Shown: positions 1-11,444 of the stretch, one piece after another
Numbering within the stretch: position 1 is the first letter of the stretch
Layout of the letters: the number at the start of each line of letters is the position of its first letter
NCBI GenBank assembly: GCA_051313645.2
Contig: JBNRSN020000007.1
Location: 194,556,001-194,620,000 of the forward strand
Source: Centroscyllium fabricii
Taxonomy: Eukaryota
Reading direction: 5' to 3'
Length of the DNA stretch: 64,000 bases
The notes under the pieces: model-generated
What the model was told of the DNA's origin: nothing
Databases searched by the model: none
Seen by the model: only the letters and a program-made list of their open reading frames with translations
Made by a program: the position numbers and the translations under genes

Positions 1-445
1 CCACACAACCCTGCTACGGCAACCTCTGCAAGACATGCCAGATCATCAACACAAATACCATCATCACACGTGAGGACACCACCCACCAGGTACATGGTAC
101 ATACTCATGTGACTCGGCCAACGTTGCCTACCTCATACGTTACAGGAAAGGATACCCCGGAGCATGGTACATCGGCGAGACCATGCAGACACTGCGACAA
201 CGGATGAACGGACACTGCACAAAAATCGCCAGGCAGGAGTGTTCCCTCCCAGTCAGGGAACACTTCAGCAGTCAAGGAAATTCAGCCTCCGATCTTTGGG
301 TAAGCATTCTCCAAGGCGGCCTTCGAGACACACGACAATGCAAAATCGTCGAGCAGAAACTGCTAGCCAAGTTCCGCACTCATGAGGATGGCCTCAACGG
401 GGATTTTGGGTTAATGTCACGCTACATGTAACCCCACCTGATGTA
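1..445 (+). mobile_element. Penelope-like retroelement, 3' end of ORF (GIY-YIG endonuclease)
   Basis: Frame from nt 3 reads TQPCYGNLCKTC...YSCDSANVAYLIRYRKGYPGAWYIGETMQTLRQRMNGH...HF...EQKLL...GLN, stop at 429-431. This is the CxxC knuckle plus YLI/YIG GIY-YIG pattern of Penelope elements. Confidence 0.9.
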
Positions 446-2284
446 TGTAAGGTCGCAATATTCCCGATTCATAAAGATTCACAAAGGACAAGAGACACCT
501 GGTTTGATTGAACATTTTATTGAGCAAAATGGCAGCAGAGGAAAACAGGCTGCGGTTTGATGAAAGGAAAGAAGGGAAAAGGGGCCCCAAAAGATGGCCA
601 CCGGACCACGTGATAAAACGGCCAGAGCTAAAACGAAACTACATTTATAAGTTTTACAGTCCTGTAAAAAGCCCGCGAAAACCCAGACATGGAGGCGCTG
701 AAAACCAACATTTGGTTGTAAAGAACGGACCAGCCCCCCCCAGAACTGTTTAGCCCAATAATGAAATGCACCCAGTTAATAGGCATCTAAGATACTGCAA
801 AAGATCGACTAACTGGCCCAAATGGCCAGATTTAGGATTTGTACAGCAAAGTTAGCAATAAAACGATTTGCACCCTCTTTAGACAAAGAAACGCTCACAA
901 ACGCAGTCAGGGTTGCTCTCAAGCCATCCCCAGCAGGTTGGCTAGACAATGAATACAGAAAACCGTTTTAATAGCACAAAGCATTCAATGATTTGGCAGG
1001 GCATTAAGCCCACTGCATTTTAGTATAACTATCAGACATTTTGCACAGTTCTCTCTCTTAGCTCAGCTCTCTCAGCTCTTGGGAAAAGACATTGGGTACA
1101 GTTGGCTCCTCTTCTCTTCTCTTGTATTGACTCTCTGGAAGCGGTTGGAGCTCTTGGAAATCTCTCCTTGGGAGGGAAAAGGCATTTGGAACAGCGCTTC
1201 TCTTACTCCCTTAGAAAGCTCTTGGAAAGAGCCGTTTTGGACTGAAGGTAGCAGTGACTTTGGTGGGTTCTCTTCGGAGGCTCCCGTTCAGATCTCTGGG
1301 TGCAGGGTGAGCGAGGGTGCAGGTTCTGGCAGGGCAGTAAAGCTGGGTCAGGGCTGTAGCCATCACAGAAGAAGCGGTAGCGTATCAGGGCTGGGACCAT
1401 CGCTGGAGAGGTAGCTGGTTGCTGGGCCCCGTATAGCAAAGTACTTGTCTTCCTGAAGGTGGTTGGACAAGGTGGTTCAGTCGTACAGTTCAAGATAGAG
1501 AAGCAAAACGAGGCACTGGAGAGTTGGACTCAGACCCATAAGATCAGCGATTAAGTTGAGGTAGAGAAAGCAGCCCGTTACAGTTCGGCTTGAGAGGGCA
1601 GGATCGGCTTACCATAGGGCCCGGTTCAGCCAGGGATACGGTGCGGTCTGGCGTGAGAGGTAGAAGAACCCTTGAGAGACCTGCCCGGGGCCAGCCCGAG
1701 CAGACCCAGCCGCCGCCAAGAAGAAGAAGTAAACAAGTGGCCCCCCCCGAATCTCCCACAGCCCTGTGACGACCAACGCTGCAGCCGAAGGACGAAGAAC
1801 TTCGTAGCAGACCCCGAGTTTGACCGAGTGGTGAGCATGCGCCCCGATCCTACACACCTGGACATAGCTAGGCAATAGAGGGGAGGGTGGTTTATTTGGA
1901 TAATCTATAGAGTGTTGGCCCTTTTCGATGTGTCGTGTGTTCCCCATTTGTAAGATAATCTCGCATGTCGGGTATATATTTGACTAAGTGTCTATATTTT
2001 ATACTATTTTGGTACAGAACGTATGAGTTCCATGATTGATGTGTGTAAACCTGTGATCTGCTGTAATAAAGATCGATTTTGAACTTCTATTCAAGGCCAA
2101 TCTGAGTCCAGTCTCTATACATCTCTCTTCCTGTATCTAAGTCCAGCGTAGAGAACCGTAAGGGTGAGCGATTCGAACCGCTCACGGGGGAGGAGGATTA
2201 TTGCGCGAGGCCTGGCCGGTGGCTAGAGCAAGGCAATAAAGGACCCCAAGTCGTGAATAAAACACACGGCGCACACCCCTTACA
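446..2284. mobile_element. Probable solo LTR or non-coding LTR element inserted in the Penelope 3' UTR
   Basis: Ends TGTAAGG...CCTTACA (TG..CA, 7-bp inverted termini). Flanks are tgta (442-445) and cgta (2285-2288), a 4-bp TSD with one CpG-type change. No recognisable gag/pol ORF. Confidence 0.6.
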
Positions 2285-2288
2285 CGTA

Positions 2289-2628
2289 GAGTTATCCAGA
2301 CTTGAGTCGTCGTTGTCTTGTTCTCTCTACATAGATGCGGCTGGACCTGCTGTGATTTCCAGCAAAATATTTTCTTTTTCATTTTATTTTTTGTTGCTTT
2401 TTGTTTTTCTTACAGACCCCAGCATGTGCAACATTTGACCCCTTGTGACCCCACCTCACTGTTCTTTATATATATATGCTGTGCCTTTATGAATCTCTTC
2501 ACTTCACCTGATGAAGGAGCAATGCTCCGAAAGCTTGTGATTTCAAATAAAACTGTTGGACTATAACCTGGTGTTGTGTGACTTCTTACATTTGTACACC
2601 CCAGTCCAACACCGGCACCGCCACATCA
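2289..2628 (+). mobile_element. Penelope-like element 3' UTR / pseudo-LTR
   Basis: Resumes after the LTR insertion. 2523-2628 is nearly identical to 20289-20394 and the segment contains a hammerhead core. Confidence 0.7.
2503..2541 (+). ncRNA. Minimal type I hammerhead ribozyme (Penelope-associated)
   Basis: UCAC-CUGAUGA-A-GGAGC(AAU)GCUCC-GAAA-GCUU-GUGA: core boxes CUGAUGA and GAAA, 5-bp stem II, palindromic AGCU as stem III, stem I UCAC/GUGA. Confidence 0.75.
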
Positions 2629-5321
2629 TATATAAATATAGGTTGCTGTAGTACCCATATACAGCAAACAACAATTTCAAATTTACGTGGTCTTGGCTCC
2701 AGCATTATTGGTTATGTAATGCTTTAAGGACCTGCTCACCCAAATCTTTGCCAATGTAGTTTTCTAAGGATTAAAGGATACCGGTTTGACTGACTTTCTG
2801 ACTTTTCAAGTCTTGGATGAGTCACAGCTCCTTCGAGATGAAGAACATGAAAACAGAAGACATTCCCGTTGGCCCCCGCCAGTTTCCACTCCCTGGCTAC
2901 ACGCTCGAACTAATAATCTTGGTATCCTGTTCGAACCTAAGCTAATCTATCCATCATCCAAGGCTTTAGCCCTGTATCACCTTTCAATACTCTGTTCCTC
3001 TGACTTTGGTCTTCTGTGCACCCCATCCAGCCTCCCTGCGCCCCACCATTGGTAGCAGATCTTAAAGCATTTTGGTCTTACTCTTTGTAATTCTCTTGTC
3101 TACTTTTCTGCCTTTATCTGTCATTCCACCGAGCCATATAAGGAGATGTTTGGGTAGATGACCAAAAGCTTGGTCGAAGAAGTAAGTTTTAAGGAGTGTC
3201 TTAAAGGAGGCCATAAGAACATAAGAAATAGGAGCAGGAGTAGGCCAATTGGCCCCTCGAGCCCGCTCCGCCATTCAACAAGATCATGGCTGATCTGATC
3301 CTAACCTCAATTTTATTTTTACTCTCCATCCCGCCCAAACCCATGTGATCACCCGGGAGAGGCGAAAAACAAGATAAAAAACCCAGTGGCCAATTTGGGA
3401 GAAAAAATCTGGGAAATTCCTCTCCGACCCATCTAGGCGGTCGAAAATTGGTCCAGATCACATGGCCGATCTAAACCTAGCCTCACGTCCACTTACCTGC
3501 CCGCTCACCATAATCCCTAATTCCCTTTACTTCCAGGAAACTGTCTATCTCTGTTTTAAACTTATTCAATGTAGTAGCTTCCACAGCTCTCTGGGGCAGC
3601 AAATTCCACAGCCCCACCACCCTCTGAGTGAAGAAGTTTCTCCTCATCTCAGTTTTGAAATGGCAACCCCTTATTTTAAGATCATGCCCCCAAGTCCTAG
3701 TCTCACCCACCATTGGGAACATCCTCACCGCATCCACCTGATCAAGCCCTCTCACAATCTTATATGTTTCAATAAGATCGCCTCTCATTCTTCTGAACTC
3801 CAATGAGCAGAGGCCCAATCTATTCAGCCTCTCGTCATATGTTAGCCCCCTCATCCTCGGAATTAACCTAGTGAACCTTCTTTGCACTGCCTCGAGAGCA
3901 AGTATGTCCTTTCTTAAATATGGATACCAGAACTGCACGCAGTATTCCAGGTGTGGTCTCTCCAATACCCTGTACAACTGCAGCAAGACCTCCCTGCTTT
4001 TATACTCAATCCCCTTAGCAATAACAGCCAACATTCCATTCCGTTGGCCTTCCTGACCACCTGCTGCACCTGCATATTAACTTTTTGTGTTTCCTGCACC
4101 AGGACCCCCAGATCCCTTTGCACTGAAGTACTTTCCAGTTTCTTTCCATTTAGATAATAACTCGCTCTATTATTTTTCCTGCCAAAGTGCATAACTTCAC
4201 ACTTTCCAGTATTATACTCCATCTGCCAAATCTCTGCCCACTCACTTAGCCTATCTATGTCCTTTTGCAGGTTTTTAATGTCCTCCTCACTCATCACCTT
4301 CCCTCCCATCTTTGTGTCATCCGCAAACTTTAATATGTTGCACTTGGTCCCTTCCTCCAAATCATTAATATAGATTGTAAAGAGTTGGGGTCCCAGCACC
4401 GACCCTTGCGGAACACCACTAGTGACTGACTGCCAGTCTGAGAACGAACCATTTATCCCAACTCTCTGTTTTCTGTTAGAAAGCCAATCCTCCACCCATG
4501 CTAGAATGTTACCCCAAACCCCGTGATTTTTTATCTTGAGTAATAATCTTTTGTGGGGCACCTTGTCAAATGCCTTTTGGAAGTCTAAATACACTACATC
4601 CACTGGTTCCCCTTTATCCACCCTATATGTTATGTCCTCAAAGAACTCTAGCAAATTTGTCAAACATGACTTCCCCTTTGTAAAACCATGCTGACTTTGT
4701 CCTATTAAATTATGTTTATCCAAATGCCCTGTTACTGTTTCCTTAATAATGGATTCTAACATTTTGCCAACCACAGATGTTAGGCTAACTGGTCTATAAT
4801 TTCCAGCCTTCTGTCTATTACCCTTTTTAAATAAAGGAGTTACGTTAGCAGTTTACCAATCTGCGGGAACCTTTGCCGAGTCCAGAGAGTTTTGAAAAAT
4901 TATTACCAATGCATCCACAATCCCTACCGCCACTTCCCTCAAGACCCTAGGATGTAAGCCATCAGGTCCTGGGGATTTATCCGCCTTAAGTCCCATTATT
5001 TTACTGAGTACCACTTCCTTAGTGACTTTAATCGTAATTAGCTCCTCCCCCCTAGAGCCACCTGTTTATTCAATGTTGGGATATTTTGAGTGTCCTCTAC
5101 TGTAAAGACTGATACAAAATATTTGTTCAGTGCTTTTGCCATCTCCATGTCCCCTACCATTAATTTCCCGGTCTCATCCTCTAAAGGACCAACATTTACT
5201 TTAGCCACCCTTTTTCTTTTTATGTAACTATAGAAACTCTTGCTATCTGTTTTTATATTTTTTGCTAATTTACTTTCATAATCTATCTTCCCTTTCTTAC
5301 CGGAAGCTACTACATTGAACC

Positions 5322-5705
5322 GGGCGGCACGGTGGCAGTGGTTAGCACTGTTGTCTCACAGCACTGGAGACCCGGGTTCAAATCCAGCCTCGGGTACTAT
5401 CTGTGTGGAGTTTGCACATTCTCCCCGTGTCTGCGTGGGTTTCCTCCGGGTGCTCCGGTTTCCTCCCACAGTCCAAAGATGTGCGGGTTAGGTTGATTGG
5501 CCATGATAAATTGACCCTTAGTGTTAGGGGGATTGAATATGTGGGGTTACGGGGAAAGGGTGGGATATGTGTCAGTGCAGGCTCGATAGGGATCGAGGGA
5601 TATGGGGAGAGGGCAGGGGCGGGGTACTGGGTTTGGATGATCAGCCATGATCTCATTGAATGCTCGAAGGGCCGAATGGCCTACTCCTGCTCCTAGTTTC
5701 TATGT
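5322..5705 (+). mobile_element. HE1-type V-SINE
   Basis: tRNA-like head (TGGCAGTGG A box, GGTTCAAATCC B box), V-domain tctgtgtggagtttgcacattctccccgtgtctgcgtgggtttcctccggg, and CR1-derived tail. Confidence 0.9.
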
Positions 5706-7127
5706 TTAATCAATCTTTGTTATTTTTTGCTGACTTTTAAAAGCTTCCCGTTCTTCTATCTTCCCACTAGATTTAGCTACCTTATATAACCTTGTTTTTA
5801 GTCGGATACTCTCCTTTATTACTTTACTTAGCCACGGATAGCTGTTTTTTCTTTTACACCCTTTTTTCCCCTCAGTGGAATATATTTTTCTTGAAAGTTG
5901 TAAAATAACTCCTTGAATACACGCCACTGATCATGTACCGTCTTACCCTTTAATCTGTTTTCCCAGTCCACCTTAATCAATTCCGCTCTCATACCATCAT
6001 AGTCTCCTTTATTTGAGCTCAGTACGCTTGTTTAAGATCCAACCCTCTCACCCTCTAATTGAATTTGGAATTCAACCATGTTATGGTCACTCATTCCAAG
6101 GGGATCCTTTACTGGGACATTTTTTATTAATCCTGTCTCATTACACAGGACCAGATCTAAGATTGCTTGCCCCCTGGTCGGTTCAGTTACGTACTGTTCA
6201 AGGAACCCATCGCTAATACACTCAATGAACTCTTCCTCAAGGCTGCCATGTCCAACTTGATTAGTCCAGTCAATATGAAAGTGAAAATCGCCCATAATTA
6301 TAGCTGTTCCCTTATTACAAGCCCCAACTATTTCCTGATTTATACTCCGACCAACTGAGTTACAACTGTTTGGAGGCCTATAGACTACGCCCACCAGTGT
6401 TTTCTTCCCTTTATTATTTCTTATTTCCACCCAAACTGTTTCACTATCCTGATCCTTTGAGGCAATATCATTTCGCTGTATTGTCGTGATTCCTTGCCTT
6501 ATTAACATAGCCACCCCACCTCCCTTTCCTTCCTGCCTGTCCCTCCTAATTGTTAAATACCCTTGTATGTTTAATTCCCAGTTCTGGTCACCCTGTAGCC
6601 ATGTTTCCGTAATTGCCACAAGATCATACCCATATGTAATTATTCGTGCCGTCAACTCGTCTATTTTGTTACGAATACTACATGCATTCAAATATAGGAC
6701 TTTCAAATATGTTTGACACTTCATTCCTGCTTTTTCCCTTTTTACAACTTTATCTTTATCTCCATACATTCTTTCCCTTCCTGACACACTGTCTTTTAAT
6801 TCCCCCATTGTTACCTATGTCCATTTCCTTCTCCAGTGTCATTTTATTTATTTGCTCTCTAGAAACCTCCCCCCCTAAATTAGTTTAAAGCCCTCTCTAC
6901 AGCCCCAGTTATATGATTCGCCAGGACACTGGTCCCAGCCCGGTTCAGGTGAAGCCCGTCCCGCCGGAACAGTTCTCTCCTGTCCCAGTATTGGTGCCAG
7001 TGTCCCAAGAAGCAAAACCCACTTCTCCCACACCAGTCTTTGAGCCACGCATTTAACTCCCTAATTTTATTTACCCCAGGCAAATTCGCTCGTGGCTCAG
7101 GTAACAACCCAGAGATTATTACCCTTG

Positions 7128-7496
7128 AAACATAGAAACATAGAAACTAGGAGCAGGAGTAGGCCATTCGGCCCTTCGAGCCTGCTCCGCCATTCAATGA
7201 GATCATGGCTGATCATCCAAACCCAGTACCCCGCCCGTTATCCCTTGATCCCTATCGAGCCTGCCCTATCCCCGTAACCCCACATATTAAATCCCCCTAA
7301 CACTAAGGGTCAATTTATCCTGGCCAATCAACTTAACCCGCACATCTTTGGACTGTGGGAGGAAACCGGAGCACCCGGAAGAAACCCACGCAGACACGGG
7401 GAGAATGTGCAAACTCCACACAGATAGTCACCCGAGGCTGGATTTGAACCCGGGTCTCCAGTGCTGTGAGGCAACAGTGCTAACCACTATGCCACT
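7128..7496 (-). mobile_element. HE1-type V-SINE inserted in CR1 ORF1
   Basis: Reverse complement of the 5322 family, with (aaacatag)n tail. It splits the ORF1 esterase. Confidence 0.9.
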
Positions 7497-8690
7497 GAGG
7501 TTCTGTTTTTTAGTTTGACCCCTAGCTGCTCATACTCCTGTAACAGAACCTTCTTCCTTGTCTTATCTAGGTCATTGGTACCAACATGTACCAGGACAAC
7601 TGTATCCTCCCCCTCCCACTGCAAGTTTCTCACCAGCCCAGAAGAGATGTCCTTAACCCTGGCACCGGGCAGGCAACACAGCCTTCGGGACTCCCGCTCT
7701 CGGTTGCAGAGAACCCGATCTATCCCCCTGATGATACTGTCCCCTACCACTACAACATTTCTATTAACTCCCCCCTCTTGAATGGCCCCCCGTTCCACGG
7801 TGCTGTGGCCAGGTTGCTCATCCTCACCACAGTCCCCGCTCCCGCCCTCACAGGGAGTAAGAGCCTCAAACCTGTTGGACAAGAGCAAGGCCTGCGGCTC
7901 CTCCAACACTACCTCCTGGATTCCCGTACCTGCCTCACTCATAGTCACACCATCCTGTCCCTGACCACGATCTACATTTAAGTTAATGAATCTATTTGGT
8001 GTGGCTATCTCCTGTAACACAAAGTCCAGGTAACTCTCCCCCTCCCTGATGTGTCGCAGTGTCTGAAGCTCGGCCTGCAGCTCATCAACACGAAGCCGGA
8101 GTTCCTCAAGCAACAAACACTTGCTGCAAATGTAGTCACCGCGAGCATCAATGGTGTCCACGAACTCCCACATCTCGCAGCAGTAACACATCACCTGCTC
8201 ACCCATTCTATATATTTAATTAAAGTTATTATTATTAGTTACGCAAAAAATCTTTTGCCCCGATATAGCTGAATATCACTATTTACGAGCACTTTCCACT
8301 TATAAGGTATAAAGTGTAAAAGGGAAGCAAGAGTACTTACCAACCAGCTGATTACCAACCTCCTTCAGATTGCCCCGCTGCTCCTCCTCGGTGGCGTTGG
8401 TCGAACCTAAGATTGGGGACAGAAACAAAACAGAGAAGCACCCCCCTCACATCCCACTTGCCCGAACTCTCCCAATTACCAAACTCTCGCTAGCACTCTA
8501 TGCCCTCCGCACATGCTGCACTAAGTCCCGCCCCTTATTAAAGCTTGATTCAACTTCCTGTTTTCTTCAAAATAGTTTTAAATGAATAAATTTAATTTAT
8601 TTTTAACTTAAACTCTCTTAAATAAATAAATAAATTATACTTCTGCAATCTTCTTACAAATTCACCACTTTTGTACTTACTCCCAGCTTA

Positions 8691-10480
8691 CAGGAAAGAG
8701 AAGTGGAGAGGCAGAGATATTTAGGGAGGGAATTACAGAGCTTAGGACCTAGGCAGCTGAAGGCACGACCACCAATGGTGGAGCATTTAAAATCGGGGAT
8801 GTTCAAAAGACCAGAATAGGCGGAGTGCAGAGGTCTAGGGGGATTATAGGCCTGGAGGAGTTAAAAAGATAAGGAGGGGCGAGGCCATGGAGGGATCTGA
8901 AAACAAGGATGAGAATTTTTAAAATCAAGGCATTGCTTAATGGGGAGCCAATGTAGGTCAGCAAGCACAGGGGCGATGGGTGAGTGGGACATGGTGTGAG
9001 TTAGCTCGCAGGTGGCAGAGTTTTGGATGACCTCAAGTTTATGGACGGTAGTATTAGGGAGGCCGGCCAGGAGTGCATTGGAATAGTCAAGTCCAGAGGT
9101 GGTAAAGGCATGCATGAGGGTTTCGGCAGCAGATAAGTTGCGGTAAGGGCAGAGACAGGTGATACAGGTTGAACACCATTAATCCGGCAGGGTTGGGACC
9201 AGCACCCTATCAGATTCTTGAAAATGCCGACTGATTGAAGCCATGGCGGCGCATGCGCACAGCATTCAAAATGGCCACCGTGAAATTGTGAATAATCTGC
9301 GCATGCGCCGCTGAACGGTGAGCGCATGCGCAGACCATTCAAAAGTTCCGGCGGCCATTTTGAATGATCTGCGTATGCGCTCGCCGGACAAGTAGTCTGA
9401 GAGTATAGAGACGGTGGAGGGTTCGAGAGAGGTGGACGAGAAGTAGAGCTGGGTATCATCAGCGTGAAAACTGATGTTATGTTGCCGGACGATGTCACCA
9501 AGGGGCAGCATGTAGATGAGAAATAGGAGGGGCCAAGGATAGATCCTTGGGGGACACCAGAGGTAACAGTGCGGGATCGGGAAGAGAAGCCATTGCAGGT
9601 GGAAAGATAGGAATGAAACCAGGCAAGTGCAGTCCCACTCAGCTGGATGATGGTGGAGAGGCGTTGGAGCAGAATTTTGTGGTCAACCGTGTCAAAGGCT
9701 GCAGACAGGTCCAGGAGGAGAAGGGATAAATTACCTTTGTCGCAGTCAATGAGGATATCATTTGTGACCTTGGTAAGAGCAGTTTCGGTACTGTGGCAGG
9801 GTGGAAGCCTGATTGGAGGGATCCAAACCAGGAATTCTGGGAAAGATGGGCATGGATTTGGGAGATGACAACATGTTCATGAACTTTGGAAAGGAAAGGG
9901 AGGTTGGAGATGGGCGACAGTTTTCAAGGACGGAGGAGTCAAGGGTTGGTTTTTTGAAAAGAGGGGTAATGACGGCAGATTTGAAGGAAAAGGGGACAAT
10001 ACTGGAGGAGAGAGAACCGTTAGCAATATCCGCTAACATGGGATACAGAAAGGAAAGTTAGGTTATCAGCAATTTAGTAGGAACAGGGTCGAGAGAGCAG
10101 GAGGTCGATCTCATTGACAAGATGAGCTTTGAAAGAGCAAGAGAGGAGCGAGCAGAGAAATATGCAAATTTAAGGTTGGGGCAGGGGGAAATCGGAGGAA
10201 GTAAGGTCCGGTGGGCTGGAGGAATGGAGGGAATTGAAAGCAGAAGCAGTTGAACGGATGTTGCCGATCTTTTTAACAAAGTCCATGAGCTCCTCACATT
10301 TATTGTTGGAGGTGAGGGAGGAGGAGGCAGGCAGGGGAAGGTGGTCTGAGAAGACGGTTAGTGGCGGTGATGAAAAGCCTGGTGTTATTTTTGCCATCCT
10401 GGGTGATCTTAGAATAGTGGGCGGTTTTAGTGATGGAGAGCAGGACCTGGTAGTGCTTTACCATATCTAGCCAAATCTGG
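8691..10480 (-). mobile_element. Degenerate L2 LINE (RT region and 3' part); its tail continues at ~3140-3212 on the other side of the CR1
   Basis: Fragments [12 protein letters not shown]...IQNSA...[32 protein letters not shown] and SCSLDPVPTKLL, all typical of L2. Confidence 0.8.
9165..9387. mobile_element. Tigger/pogo-like MITE, truncated (copy 1)
   Basis: TA|CAGGTTGAACACCATTAATCCGGCA terminus, internal GCGCATGCGC and CAAAATGGCC motifs. Second end is lost. Sits inside the L2. Confidence 0.75.
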
Positions 10481-10694
10481 TGATGGATGATTTAGATCAA
10501 TTATCTACCAAAGTGAGTGTTGGTTGCTATAAATTAATTTATTTAGCCACTTTTCACAAGTTGGCTTGATCCTGGACTATAATATCTCAAAATAACATTC
10601 CAATAAAACAATGTTTTACCAAAAACTTTTATTGTTTCTGTACTGTGGCAGGGTGGAAGCCTGATTGGAGGGATCCAATCAGGCTTCCACCCTG

Positions 10695-11192
10695 GCTTCT
10701 GGAAAGGCTTCTGGAAAGAGTGCAGAGGAGATTCACCAGGATGCTGCCGGGAATGGGGGGGAAGTCATACGAGGAACGGTTAAGGGAACTGGGACTCTTC
10801 TCCCTGGAACGAAGAAGGAAGAGGGGGGACCTGATAGAGATGTATAAAATGATGAAGGGGATCGACAGAGTAAATGTGCAAAGACTGTTTCCCCGGGCGG
10901 GAAGAACGACAACAAGAGGACACGAGCACAAGATTCAAGGAGGAAGATTCAGACGGGATGGCAGGGGCAAGTTCTTCACACAAAGAGTGGTCGGGGAATG
11001 GAATAGGCTACCATCTGAAATAGTGGATGCGGACAGTCTGGGTGCTTTTAAAAGGATGATAGATAGGTACATGGAAGGGAAGGAACAGTAGGGGGGACAG
11101 GAAAAATCAGAGACGGAATAAGGGCGGCACTACATTGAGGGCCCAAGGGCCTGTACAGTGCTGTATGTTCTATGTTCTATGTTCTATGTTCT
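10695..11192 (+). mobile_element. Young 5'-truncated CR1 (same subfamily as 62418-64000)
   Basis: LERVQRRFTRMLPGM...LFSLERRRKRGDLIE...FFTQRVV..WN, with (ctatgtt)n tail. Confidence 0.9.
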
Positions 11193-11444
11193 AAAGCATA
11201 ATTATGCCTTAAAAATTTTAGAAAACAAAGTGGAGTTGGTGTTATTAGGTTTATCCTAACCCTCTACATGGCCTCCAGTTTACCCGGAGGGTCCATTATT
11301 AGTGTCTTGCTCTGTCAGGCTGTCCCTCGACAATGTCATCCACAATCACAAGTTGGATTCCATGTATTTGCTGAATCTTTCTGCCCCCTCCATTGATCAA
11401 TTATAAATTTATAGTTTTACCACAAAGCATGTAATTTTTTAAAT

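Larger units (their letters stand above)
3213..8690 (-). mobile_element. Near full-length CR1 LINE (ORF1 Zn-finger/SGNH esterase; ORF2 APE endonuclease-RT), frameshifted and interrupted by two HE1 SINEs
   Basis: ORF1 7487-8206 and 6880-7107 (CxxC, VVVGDSI, HVGTND, DGLHLN). Endonuclease 6032-6808 (YLNACSI, ITETW, YRPP, SDH). RT 3914-4774 (DFQKAFD, GVPQGSVLGP, FADD). C-terminus 3483-4034 and TTCTTATG tail at 3213. Confidence 0.92.

Noticed and set aside
5322-5395. tRNA genes here and at 24009, ~7430-7496 and ~47930-47999
   Set aside because: They are tRNA-derived SINE heads that continue into V-domain and CR1 tails.
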